DNA of 29,803 bases from Armatimonadota bacterium (GCA_037446405.1 JBBIIQ010000002.1:1-29803); one strand, 5' to 3'; positions 16,135-26,608 are shown, counted from the first letter of the stretch. Program-made: numbers and translations. The notes: a model not told the origin generated them from the letters alone.

Positions 16135-17753
16135 CCCTCTCCCCTCCACCGTTCCTGCGCCAGCAGCAGCCACAGGGAGAGGGAGGAGAACGCCAGCAGC
16201 AGCAGCGCCGGGGCGGCGGCCCGGGCGAAGAACCCTTCGGTGGCGGTGGACCAGATGCGCGTGGCCAGCGTCTCAAAGCCCGTGGGGCCAAGCAGCAGCG
16301 TCGCCGGCAGCTCCTTCATCGTGGTGAGGAAGACCAGCGCCGTCGCCGCCACCACGCCCGGGCGGACCAGCGGTACGGTGACGGTGCGCAGGACCTGGAA
16401 GGGGCTGCGCCCCAGGGTCTGCGCCGCCTCCTCCTGTGAGGGGCTCACCTGCGCCAAGCCCGCGCGCAGCGGGCCCAGCGCCTGCGGCAGGAAGTGGACG
16501 GCGTAGGCGAAGACCAGCAGCCCCAGCGTCTGGTAGACGAACGGCAGGTAGCGTGCGGCGAAGAAGACGAGGGAGAGCGCCAGGACGATGCCGGGAAGGG
16601 CGAACCCGGCGTAGGTCAGGCGCGAGATCAGGGCGGCCAGCCGCCCCCCGTGGCGCACGGAGAGGATGGCCACGGGCAGCGCCGCCGCCACCGTCGCTCC
16701 CGCCGCCAGGACGGAGGCATACAGGGAGCGGACGGCGGGGCGCAGCGCGAGCGCCAGGGGCTCTCCCTGCCGTATCCCCACCGCCAGCCAGTAGACGATG
16801 ACCCCCAGGGGGACGAGCACGCCCAGCAGGGTCGCCAGCGCACACAGCGCCAGGGCCGGCCACCGCCAGCGGCCCAGCCGCCGCGGGCGGATGGCGCGGG
16901 ACGTCCCCCGCAGACGGTGGAACCGGCCCCGCCCCCGCCGCTCCTCCAGGAGCACGATCAGCGAGGCCAGGGCCACCAGCACCAGGGAGAGGACGGCCGC
17001 GTAGTGCCGGTTGAAGGACGCCTGATACTGCAGGTAGATGGCCGTGGTGAATGACTCGAACTGCATCATGGAGACGGCGCCGAAGTCGCTGAGCACGTAC
17101 AGCGCGACCAGCACGGCTCCCGCGCCCACCCACGGCCTCAGGTGGGGGACGGTGATGCGGCAAAAGGCGCGCCAGCCCCCGTCGCCCAGGGTCCGCGCCG
17201 CCTCCTCAAGGGCCGGGTCCATCCCGCGCAGCCCCGCGCGGGCGCTGAGCAGGACGTAGGGATAGGTCACCAGGGTGAGGGTGATCCAGGCGCCGGGGAA
17301 GCCGTAGAGGCCTCCCGGCCGGAAGGCGATCCCCAGGCGGTCGAGCAGGTAGTGCACCATCCCCGCCGGCCCGAAGACGGTGGCGACGATGATCCCGCTG
17401 ATGAAGGAGGGCACCACCAGCGGCAGGACGGTGAGCGTGCTCCACAGCCGCGCGCCCGGCAGGTCGGTGCGGGTGGTCAGCCAGGCCAGGGGCAGGGCGA
17501 CGGCCACCGCGCTGACGGTGACGGCTGCAGCCAGCAGCACGGTGTGCAGGAGGATGCGGAGCGTACGGGGGTGCACCAGCAGGCGCCAGATCCCCTCGTC
17601 CGCGCCGGCCGCCCGCACTCCCAGGTAGACCACAGGCAGCAGCAGCGCCCCTGCCACCAGCAGCGACGGCAGCAGGACCAGGAGACCGGGAGGCCGGCGG
17701 CGGGCCGGGCCGTCCCTGCGCAGCGCCAGGGTGGACGGCAGGGCCACGGCCAT
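16131..17753 (-). CDS. Fe(III) ABC transporter permease (FbpB-like, duplicated domain)
   Basis: Two permease repeats with EAA loops (LEEAARTLG, QEEAAQTLG), SDFGAV and MKELPATLLL motifs. Confidence 0.9.
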
Positions 17754-17759
17754 GGCCCG

Positions 17760-18782
17760 CTACAGGACGCCTGCCTCCCGCAGCAGGCGGAGGGTCTCCT
17801 CCAGAGCCTGCAGGTGGTTTAGGTCCACGCGCGGGGTGCTGATCTGCGCCAGCGGCCGCAGCAGGGGGTGGGCGGGGACGCCGGCGACCAGCGGGTACTC
17901 GAACGTCTCGGTGGCAAAGTAGCGCTGCGCCTCGGGGGAGAGCAGGTACTCCACCAGGCGCAGCGCCGCGGCACTGCGCGCGGTGTCCACGATCCCCACG
18001 CCGGCCACGTTGATCAGGTTGCCGGCGTCGGGCCCGGGGAAGTAGTAGTTGCGCACCGGGAAGCCCTCCCCCCGCTCCTGCAGGAAGCGGAAGAGGTAGT
18101 AGTGGTTGACAAACCCGACGTCGATCTCCCCTGCCCCCAGGGCGGCGACGATGGCGACGTTGTTGCGGTAGGCCCGCGGGGCGTTCGCCTTCATCCCCAG
18201 GAGCCACTCCCGCGTGCGCTCATTGCCCCAGAGGAGGCGCATGGCCGTGACGTGCGCCTGGAAGGAGCCGTTGGTCGGCGCCCAGCCCATGCGCCCCCGC
18301 CAGCGGGGGTCAGTGAAGTCGCGGATGGAGGCGGGGAGATCGCGGGGGGAGAGGCGGCGTGTGTTGTAGGCCACGACGCGGGCCCGGCCGCTCACCCCCA
18401 CCCACAGCCCCTCGCCGGAGCGAAAGCGGGGCTCCACCTTCTGCAGCAGCGCGGCCGGGAGGCGCTGCAGCCGGCCGGCGTACGCCAGCGCCCCCAGCGC
18501 GCCGGCGTCCTGGGCGAAGTAGACATCCGCCGGGCTGTTCGCCCCTTCTTCCATGATGGTCGCGGCGAGCTCGGCTGTCTCCCCGTAGCGGACACGCAGC
18601 CGGATCCCGCTGGCCTGGGCAAACCGCTCCAGCAGCGGCCCCACCAGCTCCTGGTTGCGTCCCGAATAGACCGTGACCGCAGCCGGCTGCGCGCCCAGGG
18701 GGGCGAAGGCCCCGAGGAACAGGAGGACGGCAATTAGGAGGAACGGGGATATGCGCGCGCACCGCAGGCAGGCACCGGTCAT
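17760..18782 (-). CDS. Fe(III) ABC transporter substrate-binding protein (FutA/FbpA-like)
   Basis: Signal peptide; VYSGR, EGANSPADV, VGVSGRARV, NHYY (tandem Tyr iron ligands), NVAGVGI, EYP. Confidence 0.88.
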   Translation of the reverse strand: MTGACLRCARISPFLLIAVLLFLGAFAPLGAQPAAVTVYSGRNQELVGPLLERFAQASGIRLRVRYGETAELAATIMEEGANSPADVYFAQDAGALGALAYAGRLQRLPAALLQKVEPRFRSGEGLWVGVSGRARVVAYNTRRLSPRDLPASIRDFTDPRWRGRMGWAPTNGSFQAHVTAMRLLWGNERTREWLLGMKANAPRAYRNNVAIVAALGAGEIDVGFVNHYYLFRFLQERGEGFPVRNYYFPGPDAGNLINVAGVGIVDTARSAAALRLVEYLLSPEAQRYFATETFEYPLVAGVPAHPLLRPLAQISTPRVDLNHLQALEETLRLLREAGVL

Positions 18783-18886
18783 GACCTCATCCCCTCCTCC
18801 GCCCTGCCGCCCGGGCGCAGGGCGGGCTTGGATCGCTCCGCGCGTTACGCTATCCTAATTGTTGACTGTGGGACAACAGAATCTGA

Positions 18887-18901
18887 CAACAATCGTTGTT
18901 G
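18887..18901. promoter_or_regulatory. 7-1-7 imperfect palindrome, candidate Fur/PerR-family operator
   Basis: CAACAAT-C-GTTGTTG in an AT-rich patch (18851-18901) between the divergent iron-ABC and fur-family genes. Confidence 0.45.
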
Positions 18902-18916
18902 GCGGCAGGCCGCGGC

Positions 18917-19345
18917 ATGGTCAGCGCCGCTGAGCTGCGCCAGCGCTTCCGGGCGGCGGGCCGGCGTATCACGCCGCAGCGCGACCTGATCTTCCGCCTG
19001 CTGGAGCAGACCCAGGCCGACCACCCGACCGCCGAGGCGCTCTACCTGCGGGCCGCGCGCCAGATGCCCTCCATCTCCCTGCGCACGGTCTACGCAGTGC
19101 TGGCCGAGCTGCAGGAGCTGGCCGCGGTGCGGCCGCTGGACCTGGGGACCGGCAGCACACGCTTCTGCACCAACGTCCGCAACCACCACCACCTGGTCTG
19201 CGAGCGCTGCGGCAGGGTGAAAGACGTCTTCGTGGAGCTGGCCCCGCTGGAGATCCCCGCGGCGCAGCGCGGGGGATTCCTGGTCAGGGAGCAGGCCGTG
19301 GTCTTCCGCGGCCTGTGCGCCGAATGCCGGGGCGGAGGTTCCTGA
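18917..19345 (+). CDS. Fur family transcriptional regulator (PerR/FurA-like)
   Basis: GRRITPQR, HPTAEALY, SISLRTVY, HHHLVCERCGRVKD, GLCAEC (two CxxC Zn motifs). ATG 18917 preferred to TTG 18896. Confidence 0.92.
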   Translation: MVSAAELRQRFRAAGRRITPQRDLIFRLLEQTQADHPTAEALYLRAARQMPSISLRTVYAVLAELQELAAVRPLDLGTGSTRFCTNVRNHHHLVCERCGRVKDVFVELAPLEIPAAQRGGFLVREQAVVFRGLCAECRGGGS

Positions 19346-19372
19346 CCCCCGATCAGGGACATGCAGCCCGCT

Positions 19373-19876
19373 CTATCCGCTCCTCCCTCGCACCGCCGCG
19401 TACCAGCGGCGCAGCAGGAAGATCTGGGCCGCGTGGTAGGAGTCGTGGGTGGCCAGATCGGCGACGACGTCCAGCTTCGTCCAGGGACCTGTCCCCCCGG
19501 GCCGGTAGGGCTCGGCCAGCGCTTCGGCCGGAAGGCGGCGGATTGTGGCGGCACAGGCCTCGTGTGCCCGCCCCAGGTCCTCCTGGACGTCGATCCAGGC
19601 CTCAGTGGTCGGTGCGACGGGGCGCCACTCCTCCTCCCCGGGGTCGACCACGGCTGCCGGATCGAGCCACCGCGCCACCTTCCAACACCAGTAGGCCATA
19701 TGCCAGGCGATCTCGGCGATGGTGTGCTGCGCGGGAACGGGCCGCCAGTGCGCCTCCTCCGGGGTGACGCCTTCCAGGGCCGGGCGGACGCCCTTTCCCG
19801 ACCAGTTCCCTTCCAGGTACGTCCCCTGCAGCCGCTGCGCCAGCCACGCGGGCAGGTCGATCCCGGCGGCGGTCAT
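19373..19876 (-). CDS. DinB family protein
   Basis: [13 protein letters not shown] and [12 protein letters not shown] His triad; ATGA overlap with the trpB2 stop. Confidence 0.8.
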   Translation of the reverse strand: MTAAGIDLPAWLAQRLQGTYLEGNWSGKGVRPALEGVTPEEAHWRPVPAQHTIAEIAWHMAYWCWKVARWLDPAAVVDPGEEEWRPVAPTTEAWIDVQEDLGRAHEACAATIRRLPAEALAEPYRPGGTGPWTKLDVVADLATHDSYHAAQIFLLRRWYAAVRGRSG

Positions 19877-21231
19877 GGCTGCAGCGCCGCCAGCTCGCGC
19901 GTCGCCGCGGCCACCGCCTCCGCGGGGTAGGCGTAGTCCTCCAGGCGGCCGCTCAGGTACTCCTCGTAGGCCTGCAGGTCGAAGTGACCATGCCCGCTGA
20001 GGTTGAAGAGGATGACGCGCGGGACCCCCAGCTCCCGCGCCTCCAGGGCCTCGTCGATGACCCGGCGCACGGCGTGCGCCGACTCAGGCGCGGGGACGAT
20101 CCCCTCGCTGCGGGCGAACTGCACCGCCGCCTCGAAGACCGCGCGCTGGCCGTAGGCGGCGGCCTCCACGTAGCCGGCGTCGTAGAGCAGGCACAGCGAT
20201 GGTGCGTCGCCGTGGTAGCGCAGGCCGCCGGCGTGGATCCCCGGTGGGACAAAGGTGTGCCCCAGGGTGTACATCTTGAACAGCGGGGTGGTGGCCGCGG
20301 TGTCGCCGAAGTCGTAGAGGTAGCGGCCGCGGGTGAGCGACGGACACGCCTCCGGCTCCACGGCCACGAAGCGGACGTCCCTGCCCCTGAACCGGTCCGC
20401 CAGGAACGGATAGGCCAGGCCCGCGTAGTTGCTCCCCCCGCCCACGCAGCCGATGACCACGTCGGGGTACTCCCCGGCCAGCTCCATCTGCCGCCTGGCC
20501 TCCAGCCCGATGACGGTCTGGTGCAGGAGGACGTGGTTGGCCACGCTGCCGATGGAGTACTTGGTGTCCTCGTGCGTGGCCGCGTCCTCCACCGCCTCGC
20601 TGATGGCGATCCCCAGGCTCCCCGGTGAGTGCGGGTCCCGCTCGCGGATCGTGCGCCCGGCGCGGGTCTGCTCACTGGGACTGGGCAGGACCTGCGCCCC
20701 CCAGGTCTCCATGATCACGCGGCGGTAGGGCTTCTGCTCGTAGGAGACGCGCACCATGTAGACGGTGCACTCCAGGCCGAAGAGGCGGCAGGCCAGGGCC
20801 AGCGCGCTGCCCCACTGGCCGGCACCGGTCTCCGTGGTCAGGCGACGCACCCCCGCCTCCCTGTTGTAGAAAGCCTGGGCCACCGCGGTGTTGGGCTTGT
20901 GGCTACCCGCGGGGCTCGTCCCCTCGTACTTGTAGTAGATGTGCGCCGGCGTCCCCAGGGCCCGCTCCAGGCGGTGGGCGCGGTAGAGCGGTGTGGGGCG
21001 CCACAGCCGGTAGATCTCGCGCACCGGCTCGGGGATCTCCACCTCCCGCTCGGTGGAGACCTCCTGCTGGATGATCTGCGGCGGGAAGAGCGGGGCCAGG
21101 TCATCCGGGCCGATGGGCTGCTTGGTGGCCGGATGGAGCACCGGGGGGAGCGGCAGCGGCAGGTCCGCCAGGATGTTGTACCAGGCCTGCGGCAGGTCGC
21201 GCTCGTCCAGCACAAACTTGGTCTGCGGCAT
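19873..21231 (-). CDS. trpB2: TrpB2 (TrpB-like PLP enzyme, tryptophan synthase beta type 2)
   Basis: [87 protein letters not shown] 21231 after GGAGG; no trpA in the window. Confidence 0.93.
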   Translation of the reverse strand: MPQTKFVLDERDLPQAWYNILADLPLPLPPVLHPATKQPIGPDDLAPLFPPQIIQQEVSTEREVEIPEPVREIYRLWRPTPLYRAHRLERALGTPAHIYYKYEGTSPAGSHKPNTAVAQAFYNREAGVRRLTTETGAGQWGSALALACRLFGLECTVYMVRVSYEQKPYRRVIMETWGAQVLPSPSEQTRAGRTIRERDPHSPGSLGIAISEAVEDAATHEDTKYSIGSVANHVLLHQTVIGLEARRQMELAGEYPDVVIGCVGGGSNYAGLAYPFLADRFRGRDVRFVAVEPEACPSLTRGRYLYDFGDTAATTPLFKMYTLGHTFVPPGIHAGGLRYHGDAPSLCLLYDAGYVEAAAYGQRAVFEAAVQFARSEGIVPAPESAHAVRRVIDEALEARELGVPRVILFNLSGHGHFDLQAYEEYLSGRLEDYAYPAEAVAAATRELAALQP

Positions 21232-21334
21232 GTAGCCCTCACCTCCGGGCAGGGAATGCGGTGGATGTGACACCGGAAACGCCGGGTAGCGGTTCGGCTC
21301 CGTCTGGGGAAATCCCTGCGATCGGGTGGCCGGC

Positions 21335-23056
21335 TCAGTCCGCCTGGCGCACAGCCAGGGTGCGCAGGCGGTTGATGGCGGCGGCCAGCTCGTAGCGCCG
21401 CGGCAGGGCGTAGTCGCCGGGGTGCCCCTCGAACCCCGAGAGGACCTCCAGGCCCCGCTGCGCGACGTCCGCCAGCACCGCGTCCAGCACCGCGCTCAGG
21501 GGGTGCTCGCCGTCGAAGTAGCCCTTTTCCAGCGCGTAGAAGATGGCGTCGCCGATGGCGCGGGTCTGGCTGGGGTCCACCACCTGCTCCACCGCAGAGA
21601 GGTCGATGGTCTCGCGGCCGAAGACGATGGTGCGCAGCCCTCTGGCGTCCACGCGGACGCGCCGCTCGCGGTAGGGGTTGAAACCGTGGGGCAGGGGGAT
21701 GCGGGCGCGGACGCGCTCAAAGGGCCGCCCCTCGCTCACCCGCCCGGCTGGCCGCGCGGCGGCGATGCGCCGCGCCTCCTCGGTGACCACGCGCGGGGTG
21801 AAGGTCTCCATGAGGATGACGGTGTCGGCCACGGAGAAGTAGTCGCCTGATCCGCCCATGACCAGCACCGTGGAGACGCCGTGGCCCTGGTAGAGGTGGC
21901 GCACCTGGTCGATGAAGGGGGTGATGGGCTCCAGGGCCTTGGGCACCAGCCGCTGCATGGCCTCGTCACGGATCATGAAGTTGGTGGCGCTGGTGTCCTC
22001 GTCAATGAGCAGGACGCGGGCCCCCACCTCCAGCGCCTCCATGATGTTCGCCGCCTGGGAGGTGCTGCCGCTGGCGTTGTCCGTGGAGAAGGCCTGTGTC
22101 TCCTGGCCGAAGGGCAGGTTGGTGATGAACGGGCTGATGTCCACGCGGGCGACACGGCGGCCGTCCTCGGCGCGGATCTTCACCGTGTCGGGGTGCGTGA
22201 CCACGTACTCCCGCCCGTCGCCGGGGACGTGGGCGTAGACGCCGCGTGCCAGGGCGGCCAGCAGCGTGGACTTGCCGTGGAAGCCCCCGCCGACGATCAG
22301 GGTGATCCCGGCGGGGATGGCCATGCCGCTGACCGCACCGCGGTGCGGCGCCTGAAGCGTCACCGCCAGCTGCGGCGGCGCGCGGAAGGGCACCGCCCGG
22401 TGGGCCGGAAGCGGCAGGTCGGAGGCGCCGCTCTCCCGAGGGAGGATGGCCCCGTCGGCGATGAAGGCGACCAGCCCCTTGGCCCGCAGGGCGTCCTGCA
22501 GGGCGGCGTGGTCCTCCGCGACCTCCACGTGGCGGCGCGCGGCCCGGGCGTCCAGGTTCGCCCACAGCAGCGCGCCCTCCACGGCGGCGGGGAGATCCTC
22601 GAAGAAGATGGCCTGCGCCTGCTTGGCCTGGATCTTCCGCCCCTCCGCGGGCAAACCCAGGGCCAGGCGCAGCTCCACGAAGTCCTCGTGCAGACGGCAG
22701 GCGGTCCGCGGCAGGATCTCCTGCCCGCCGGCGTCCACCAGGAGCATACCGCTGCGGCCCGGCCCCCCGCCGCGCCGTCCCTGGCGGCGGGTCACCTCGC
22801 GGAAGCGGCGGGCGAGGAAGTCCTCCAGGGCGACGCGCCGCGCCGCCCCGTCCCACAGGTCGGCGGGAATCTGTGCCTCCGCCATGTCCACCTGGACGCG
22901 CAGCAGGGAGGGCGGGGCGAAGGGGTCGGGCTGCACGTGGTCGATGAAGAGGACGAAGCGGGGAAAGCGGTAGGCCCCGGCGATGGCCTTGTAGGCGGCG
23001 TAGCCTTTGCCCTCCAGCGTCAGCAGCTTGTCCCGCAGGCGGTCGGCGGGCAGCAT
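21335..23056 (-). CDS. ABC-class ATPase domain protein (COG3044-like), function unknown
   Basis: [31 protein letters not shown] (Walker A), [44 protein letters not shown]. Confidence 0.85.
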   Translation of the reverse strand: MLPADRLRDKLLTLEGKGYAAYKAIAGAYRFPRFVLFIDHVQPDPFAPPSLLRVQVDMAEAQIPADLWDGAARRVALEDFLARRFREVTRRQGRRGGGPGRSGMLLVDAGGQEILPRTACRLHEDFVELRLALGLPAEGRKIQAKQAQAIFFEDLPAAVEGALLWANLDARAARRHVEVAEDHAALQDALRAKGLVAFIADGAILPRESGASDLPLPAHRAVPFRAPPQLAVTLQAPHRGAVSGMAIPAGITLIVGGGFHGKSTLLAALARGVYAHVPGDGREYVVTHPDTVKIRAEDGRRVARVDISPFITNLPFGQETQAFSTDNASGSTSQAANIMEALEVGARVLLIDEDTSATNFMIRDEAMQRLVPKALEPITPFIDQVRHLYQGHGVSTVLVMGGSGDYFSVADTVILMETFTPRVVTEEARRIAAARPAGRVSEGRPFERVRARIPLPHGFNPYRERRVRVDARGLRTIVFGRETIDLSAVEQVVDPSQTRAIGDAIFYALEKGYFDGEHPLSAVLDAVLADVAQRGLEVLSGFEGHPGDYALPRRYELAAAINRLRTLAVRQAD

Positions 23057-23078
23057 GGTCAGGAACGACGGCGCGGCC

Positions 23079-24284
23079 TCACCGCTCGGGCCGGAGCAGG
23101 CGCGCCGCCACCTGCGCGTAGAACTTCGCCGCCGTGACCACCTCGTCCAGGTCCACGTACTCGTCGGCGGAATGGGCCAGATCGGGGATGCCCGGCCCGA
23201 AGAGGATGGTGGCGATGCCGCGGGCAGCGAAGAAGCGCCCGTCGCTGGCCTGCTGGTAGCCCACGGGGGCGGAGTCCAGCCCCAGCGCCGCGACCACCTC
23301 TCGGGCGGCGAGCACCAGCGGCGCGTCCGCCGGGGTCTCGATGGGCGGACCCTGCTGCAGCGGCTCCACGGTCACGTCCAGGTCGGGGTCCTCGTCGCGC
23401 AGCCGGGCCACAACCCGGTCGATCTCCGCGAGCGCATCGGCCGGGTGCTCGTGGGGCAGCGTGCGCCGGTCGATGGTCGCCTCGCAGCGGTCGGGGACCA
23501 CGTTGGTGGCGATCCCGCCGCTGATGGTCCCCACGGAGAGCGAGGGTGGCGGGGTAAGGGCGTGCGTCTCCCGGGCCAGCCGCGCGCCGATCTCCTGCTC
23601 CAGGGCGGTGAGCACCCTGACCATGGAGCGGATGGCGTTGACGCCGCGCCATGGGGTAGAGCCGTGGGCCGTGCGGCCGCGGGTGACCAGGCGCACCCAG
23701 AGGAGACCTTTCTCCGCGATGGCGATGCGGTTGTGGGTGACTTCGCCGACGATGACCTGGTCGGGCCGCAGCAGCCCCCGCTGCACCAGCATCTCCGTGC
23801 CCTTGGCCCCGCCCACCTCCTCGTCGCTCACCAGCGAGAGCAGCAGTGATCCCGCCAGCGGGACCTCCCGACGCACCAGCGTCTCCACGGCCGTCACCAT
23901 GGCCGCCACGGACCCCTTGGGGTCGGCTGCGCCGCGGCCGTAGAGGCGGGTGCCCTCGATCTGCGCGCCCAGCGGGTCGTGGCGCCAGGCGCGGCGGTCT
24001 CCCGGGGGCACCGTGTCCAGGTGGCTGTTCAGCAGGAGCTCCGGGCGCCCCGACCCCAGGCGTAGCAGGAGGTTGGGCTTCTTCGGCTCCTCCGCCAGGA
24101 CCTGGAAGTCCACCCCCAGTCTGCGCAGGCGCGCCCCGATCAGGTCCACGGCGCGGCGGGTGTCGCCCGGCGGGTTGGTGGTGTCGGTGCGCACCAGCGA
24201 GGCGAGCAGCCCCACCAGCGAGGGCCGCTGCCGCTCAATCTCCTCGGTCAGCGCCAGGGCGTCGGTGGGCGTCGTCGAGCTCAT
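23079..24284 (-). CDS. M20 (ArgE/DapE-like) metallohydrolase
   Basis: LNSHLDTV, GRGAADPKG, SDEEVGG, GEVT, AHGSTP, AHSADE. Start moved to ATG 24284. Confidence 0.88.
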   Translation of the reverse strand: MSSTTPTDALALTEEIERQRPSLVGLLASLVRTDTTNPPGDTRRAVDLIGARLRRLGVDFQVLAEEPKKPNLLLRLGSGRPELLLNSHLDTVPPGDRRAWRHDPLGAQIEGTRLYGRGAADPKGSVAAMVTAVETLVRREVPLAGSLLLSLVSDEEVGGAKGTEMLVQRGLLRPDQVIVGEVTHNRIAIAEKGLLWVRLVTRGRTAHGSTPWRGVNAIRSMVRVLTALEQEIGARLARETHALTPPPSLSVGTISGGIATNVVPDRCEATIDRRTLPHEHPADALAEIDRVVARLRDEDPDLDVTVEPLQQGPPIETPADAPLVLAAREVVAALGLDSAPVGYQQASDGRFFAARGIATILFGPGIPDLAHSADEYVDLDEVVTAAKFYAQVAARLLRPER

Positions 24285-24434
24285 CGCGCGGGAACGATAA
24301 CGGCGTCCGTCTGCACAGGCTCTTCGTCCTGCCCCCGGCACGGGGACCCTCAGGGAGAAGAGCTCTCCAACGAAGGGTTCTCCGCGGGCCGGGGCGGGGC
24401 CTGCGGGTGGCGGGATCGGCAGGTGGGGACGGGA

Positions 24435-25805
24435 TCAGCGGGTGGGGGCCGGCACCGGCGGGGAGGCGGCCGGGCGGGCCACCCGCTGCCGGGCGATCTC
24501 CACCGCCCGCGCCAGCTGGGCATCGCGGCCGAGGAGAAAGTCCTCCGAGGTGAGGTCGAGGACCACGTCCGGCGTCACCCCCGCGCCCTCCAGCCGCCGC
24601 CCCTTCCCGCTGGTGAGCCGGCGGATGGTCACGCTGAGCGCGGAGCCGTCGGAGAGCTCGAACAGCGTGCTGGCTTCCACGGCCCCGGCGGTCTTCACCC
24701 CCACCAGCATCCCCCGCTGGTGCTCCACCACCGCCGCCGCCAGCAGCTCCGCGGCGGAGGCTGTCCCTTCGTTTACCAGCACCACCAGGGGGATTGCAGC
24801 CGGCAGCAGGGGGCCGCGCTCCGTGTGCACCACCTCCGTCCCCCGGCTCGTCACCTGCTGGTAGATGGGGACGCCGCGGGGGAGCAGCAGGTTCAGGGCC
24901 TCCCGCAGCTCGTGGAGGAAACCGCCGATGTTGCTGCGCAGGTCCAGGACCAGCGCGCGCATACCCTGCCCCAGCAGCCGCTGCAGCGCGGCGCGCAGCT
25001 CCCGCGCCGACCCCTGCGTGAACTCGTACAGGTAGACGTACGCGACCCCCGGCTCGACCATCCGCGCGGCGAACAGCGGGGGCACGACGATGGGCGCCCG
25101 GGTGATGGTGCGGATCAGGGGCACTGGGTGGCCGGGACGCTCGAACGTCACCGTCACCGTGCTGCCGGCGGGGCCGCGGATCATGGAGACCACCTGCTCG
25201 GCGGTGAGGCCGCCGGTGGGCGTGCCGTTGACACGGACGATCCGGTCGAAAGGACGCACGTCCAGGGCCGCCGCCGGGCTGCGCGGGATGACCTGCCACA
25301 CATAGAAGCGCCCGTCCTTGGGCAGCAGGACCATCCCCACTCCCGCGAAGCCGGCCTGCTGCCGCTGCCGGGCGACTCGCTCGCGGTATTGCTCGGGCGT
25401 GAGGAAGCCGGTGTGCGAGTCGTTGAGGCTGCCGGTTACTGCGGTGATGGCGGCGTAGGCCAGCTCGCGGGGCGACACCTTCCCCTGCGCCGCGGTCAGC
25501 GCTGCGGTGAACGCCGCGCGGAAGATCCTCTCCGCCTCGGCGGGGGCGGTGCCCGGGGCGATGACGGCGAACCTGGCGGGGACGCCGACGGTGCTCAGGG
25601 CCGCCGCAATCCCGTCCAGGGCGGCGTTGAGCAGACGCACGCGGTCCACCAGCGCCTGCTCCACGTACTCCGCGTCCAGGACCTGGATCGCTTCCAGGAC
25701 CAGCCCGGCGTCGGCAGCGGTGCCGCGTGCGGTCGCGGGCAGGACGGCCACCGCCGCGGCGACCGCCAGCAGGAGCAGCCGCTGCCACTGGACGGCGAAC
25801 CTCAC
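24435..25805 (-). CDS. S41 family peptidase with PDZ domain and signal peptide
   Basis: Signal peptide; SLNDSHT; PDZ (GFAGVGM...SPAAALDVRPFDRIVRVNG); LDLRSNIGG; TASAAE; GVTPDV. Confidence 0.88.
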   Translation of the reverse strand: MRFAVQWQRLLLLAVAAAVAVLPATARGTAADAGLVLEAIQVLDAEYVEQALVDRVRLLNAALDGIAAALSTVGVPARFAVIAPGTAPAEAERIFRAAFTAALTAAQGKVSPRELAYAAITAVTGSLNDSHTGFLTPEQYRERVARQRQQAGFAGVGMVLLPKDGRFYVWQVIPRSPAAALDVRPFDRIVRVNGTPTGGLTAEQVVSMIRGPAGSTVTVTFERPGHPVPLIRTITRAPIVVPPLFAARMVEPGVAYVYLYEFTQGSARELRAALQRLLGQGMRALVLDLRSNIGGFLHELREALNLLLPRGVPIYQQVTSRGTEVVHTERGPLLPAAIPLVVLVNEGTASAAELLAAAVVEHQRGMLVGVKTAGAVEASTLFELSDGSALSVTIRRLTSGKGRRLEGAGVTPDVVLDLTSEDFLLGRDAQLARAVEIARQRVARPAASPPVPAPTR

Positions 25806-25838
25806 CCGCGTCCCTCCATCGTCAGGCTGGCCATCCGC

Positions 25839-26558
25839 TCACAGCGCTGGCCGGAAGGGCACCAGGCGCAGGATCCAGGTGTTCAGGACGAAGAGGGCGT
25901 CGCTGGCCAGAGCTACCCCCATGACCAGGAGGAAGACGCCGCTGAGGGCGGTCATGGGCCGGCTGTAGCGGCGCAGCCAGGAGAGGTCCAGGGCCAGCGT
26001 GAGCAGCAGGGCCGCCAGCAGGAACGGCACACCCAGACCGAGGGCGTAGGTGAAGAGGAGGAGCGCGCCACGCTGTGTGCTTTGCTCCTGCGCCGCCAGC
26101 GTCAGCACCGCGGTGAGCACCGGACCGATACACGGCGTCCAGGCGAAGCCGAAGGCCATCCCCACGGGAAACGCCCCTGCCAGCCCCCACGGGCGACGGC
26201 TGAGGTGGAAGCGGCGCTCCCGGTAGAGCAAGGGCGCCTTCAGCAGGACCGCCAGGCCCAGGGCGATGATCAGCACGCCGCCGACGCGGCTGAGCCAGAG
26301 GCGGTTGGCCAGGACGAAGCTGCCCAGCAGCGACGCCGACGCCCCCAGGGCTGTGAAGATGAGGGCGAAGCCCCCGACGAAGAGCGCGGTGGCCAGGAGC
26401 ACGCGCGCCGCGTGGCGGCGCCTCTGGGGAGCTTCCATCTCCTGGAGGGAGAGCCCGGAGACGAACGAGATGTACCCAGGGATCAAGGGGACGACGCAGG
26501 GCGAGAGAAACCCCAGCACGCCCGCGGCGAACGCAATGGGAAAGCTAACGTCAAGCAC
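25839..26558 (-). CDS. ccdA: cytochrome c biogenesis protein CcdA
   Basis: FLSPCVVPLIPGY and FAWTPCIGPVL Cys motifs in a six-TM protein; GGAG SD. Confidence 0.92.
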   Translation of the reverse strand: MLDVSFPIAFAAGVLGFLSPCVVPLIPGYISFVSGLSLQEMEAPQRRRHAARVLLATALFVGGFALIFTALGASASLLGSFVLANRLWLSRVGGVLIIALGLAVLLKAPLLYRERRFHLSRRPWGLAGAFPVGMAFGFAWTPCIGPVLTAVLTLAAQEQSTQRGALLLFTYALGLGVPFLLAALLLTLALDLSWLRRYSRPMTALSGVFLLVMGVALASDALFVLNTWILRLVPFRPAL

Positions 26559-26581
26559 CGCACCGTCTCCGCCTTCGGCCT

Positions 26582-26587
26582 ATTGTA
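26582..26587 (-). promoter_or_regulatory. -10 element TACAAT upstream of ccdA
   Basis: TACAAT in an AT-rich patch 24 nt upstream of the ccdA GTG. Confidence 0.45.
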
Positions 26588-26608
26588 CATTCCCGCCAAC
26601 GCGCGCGC

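Noticed and set aside
21232-21334. Possible Trp attenuator upstream of trpB2 (GCAGGGA/TCCCTGC long-range stem beside the SD)
   Set aside because: No Trp-codon leader peptide and no terminator U-tract; a 7-bp stem is unremarkable at this GC content.
24301-24434. Nested stems (GCTCTTC/GAAGAGC, GGAGA/TCTCC) with glycine- or TPP-riboswitch-like words
   Set aside because: Required conserved motifs are absent; could be an ordinary terminator or chance structure.
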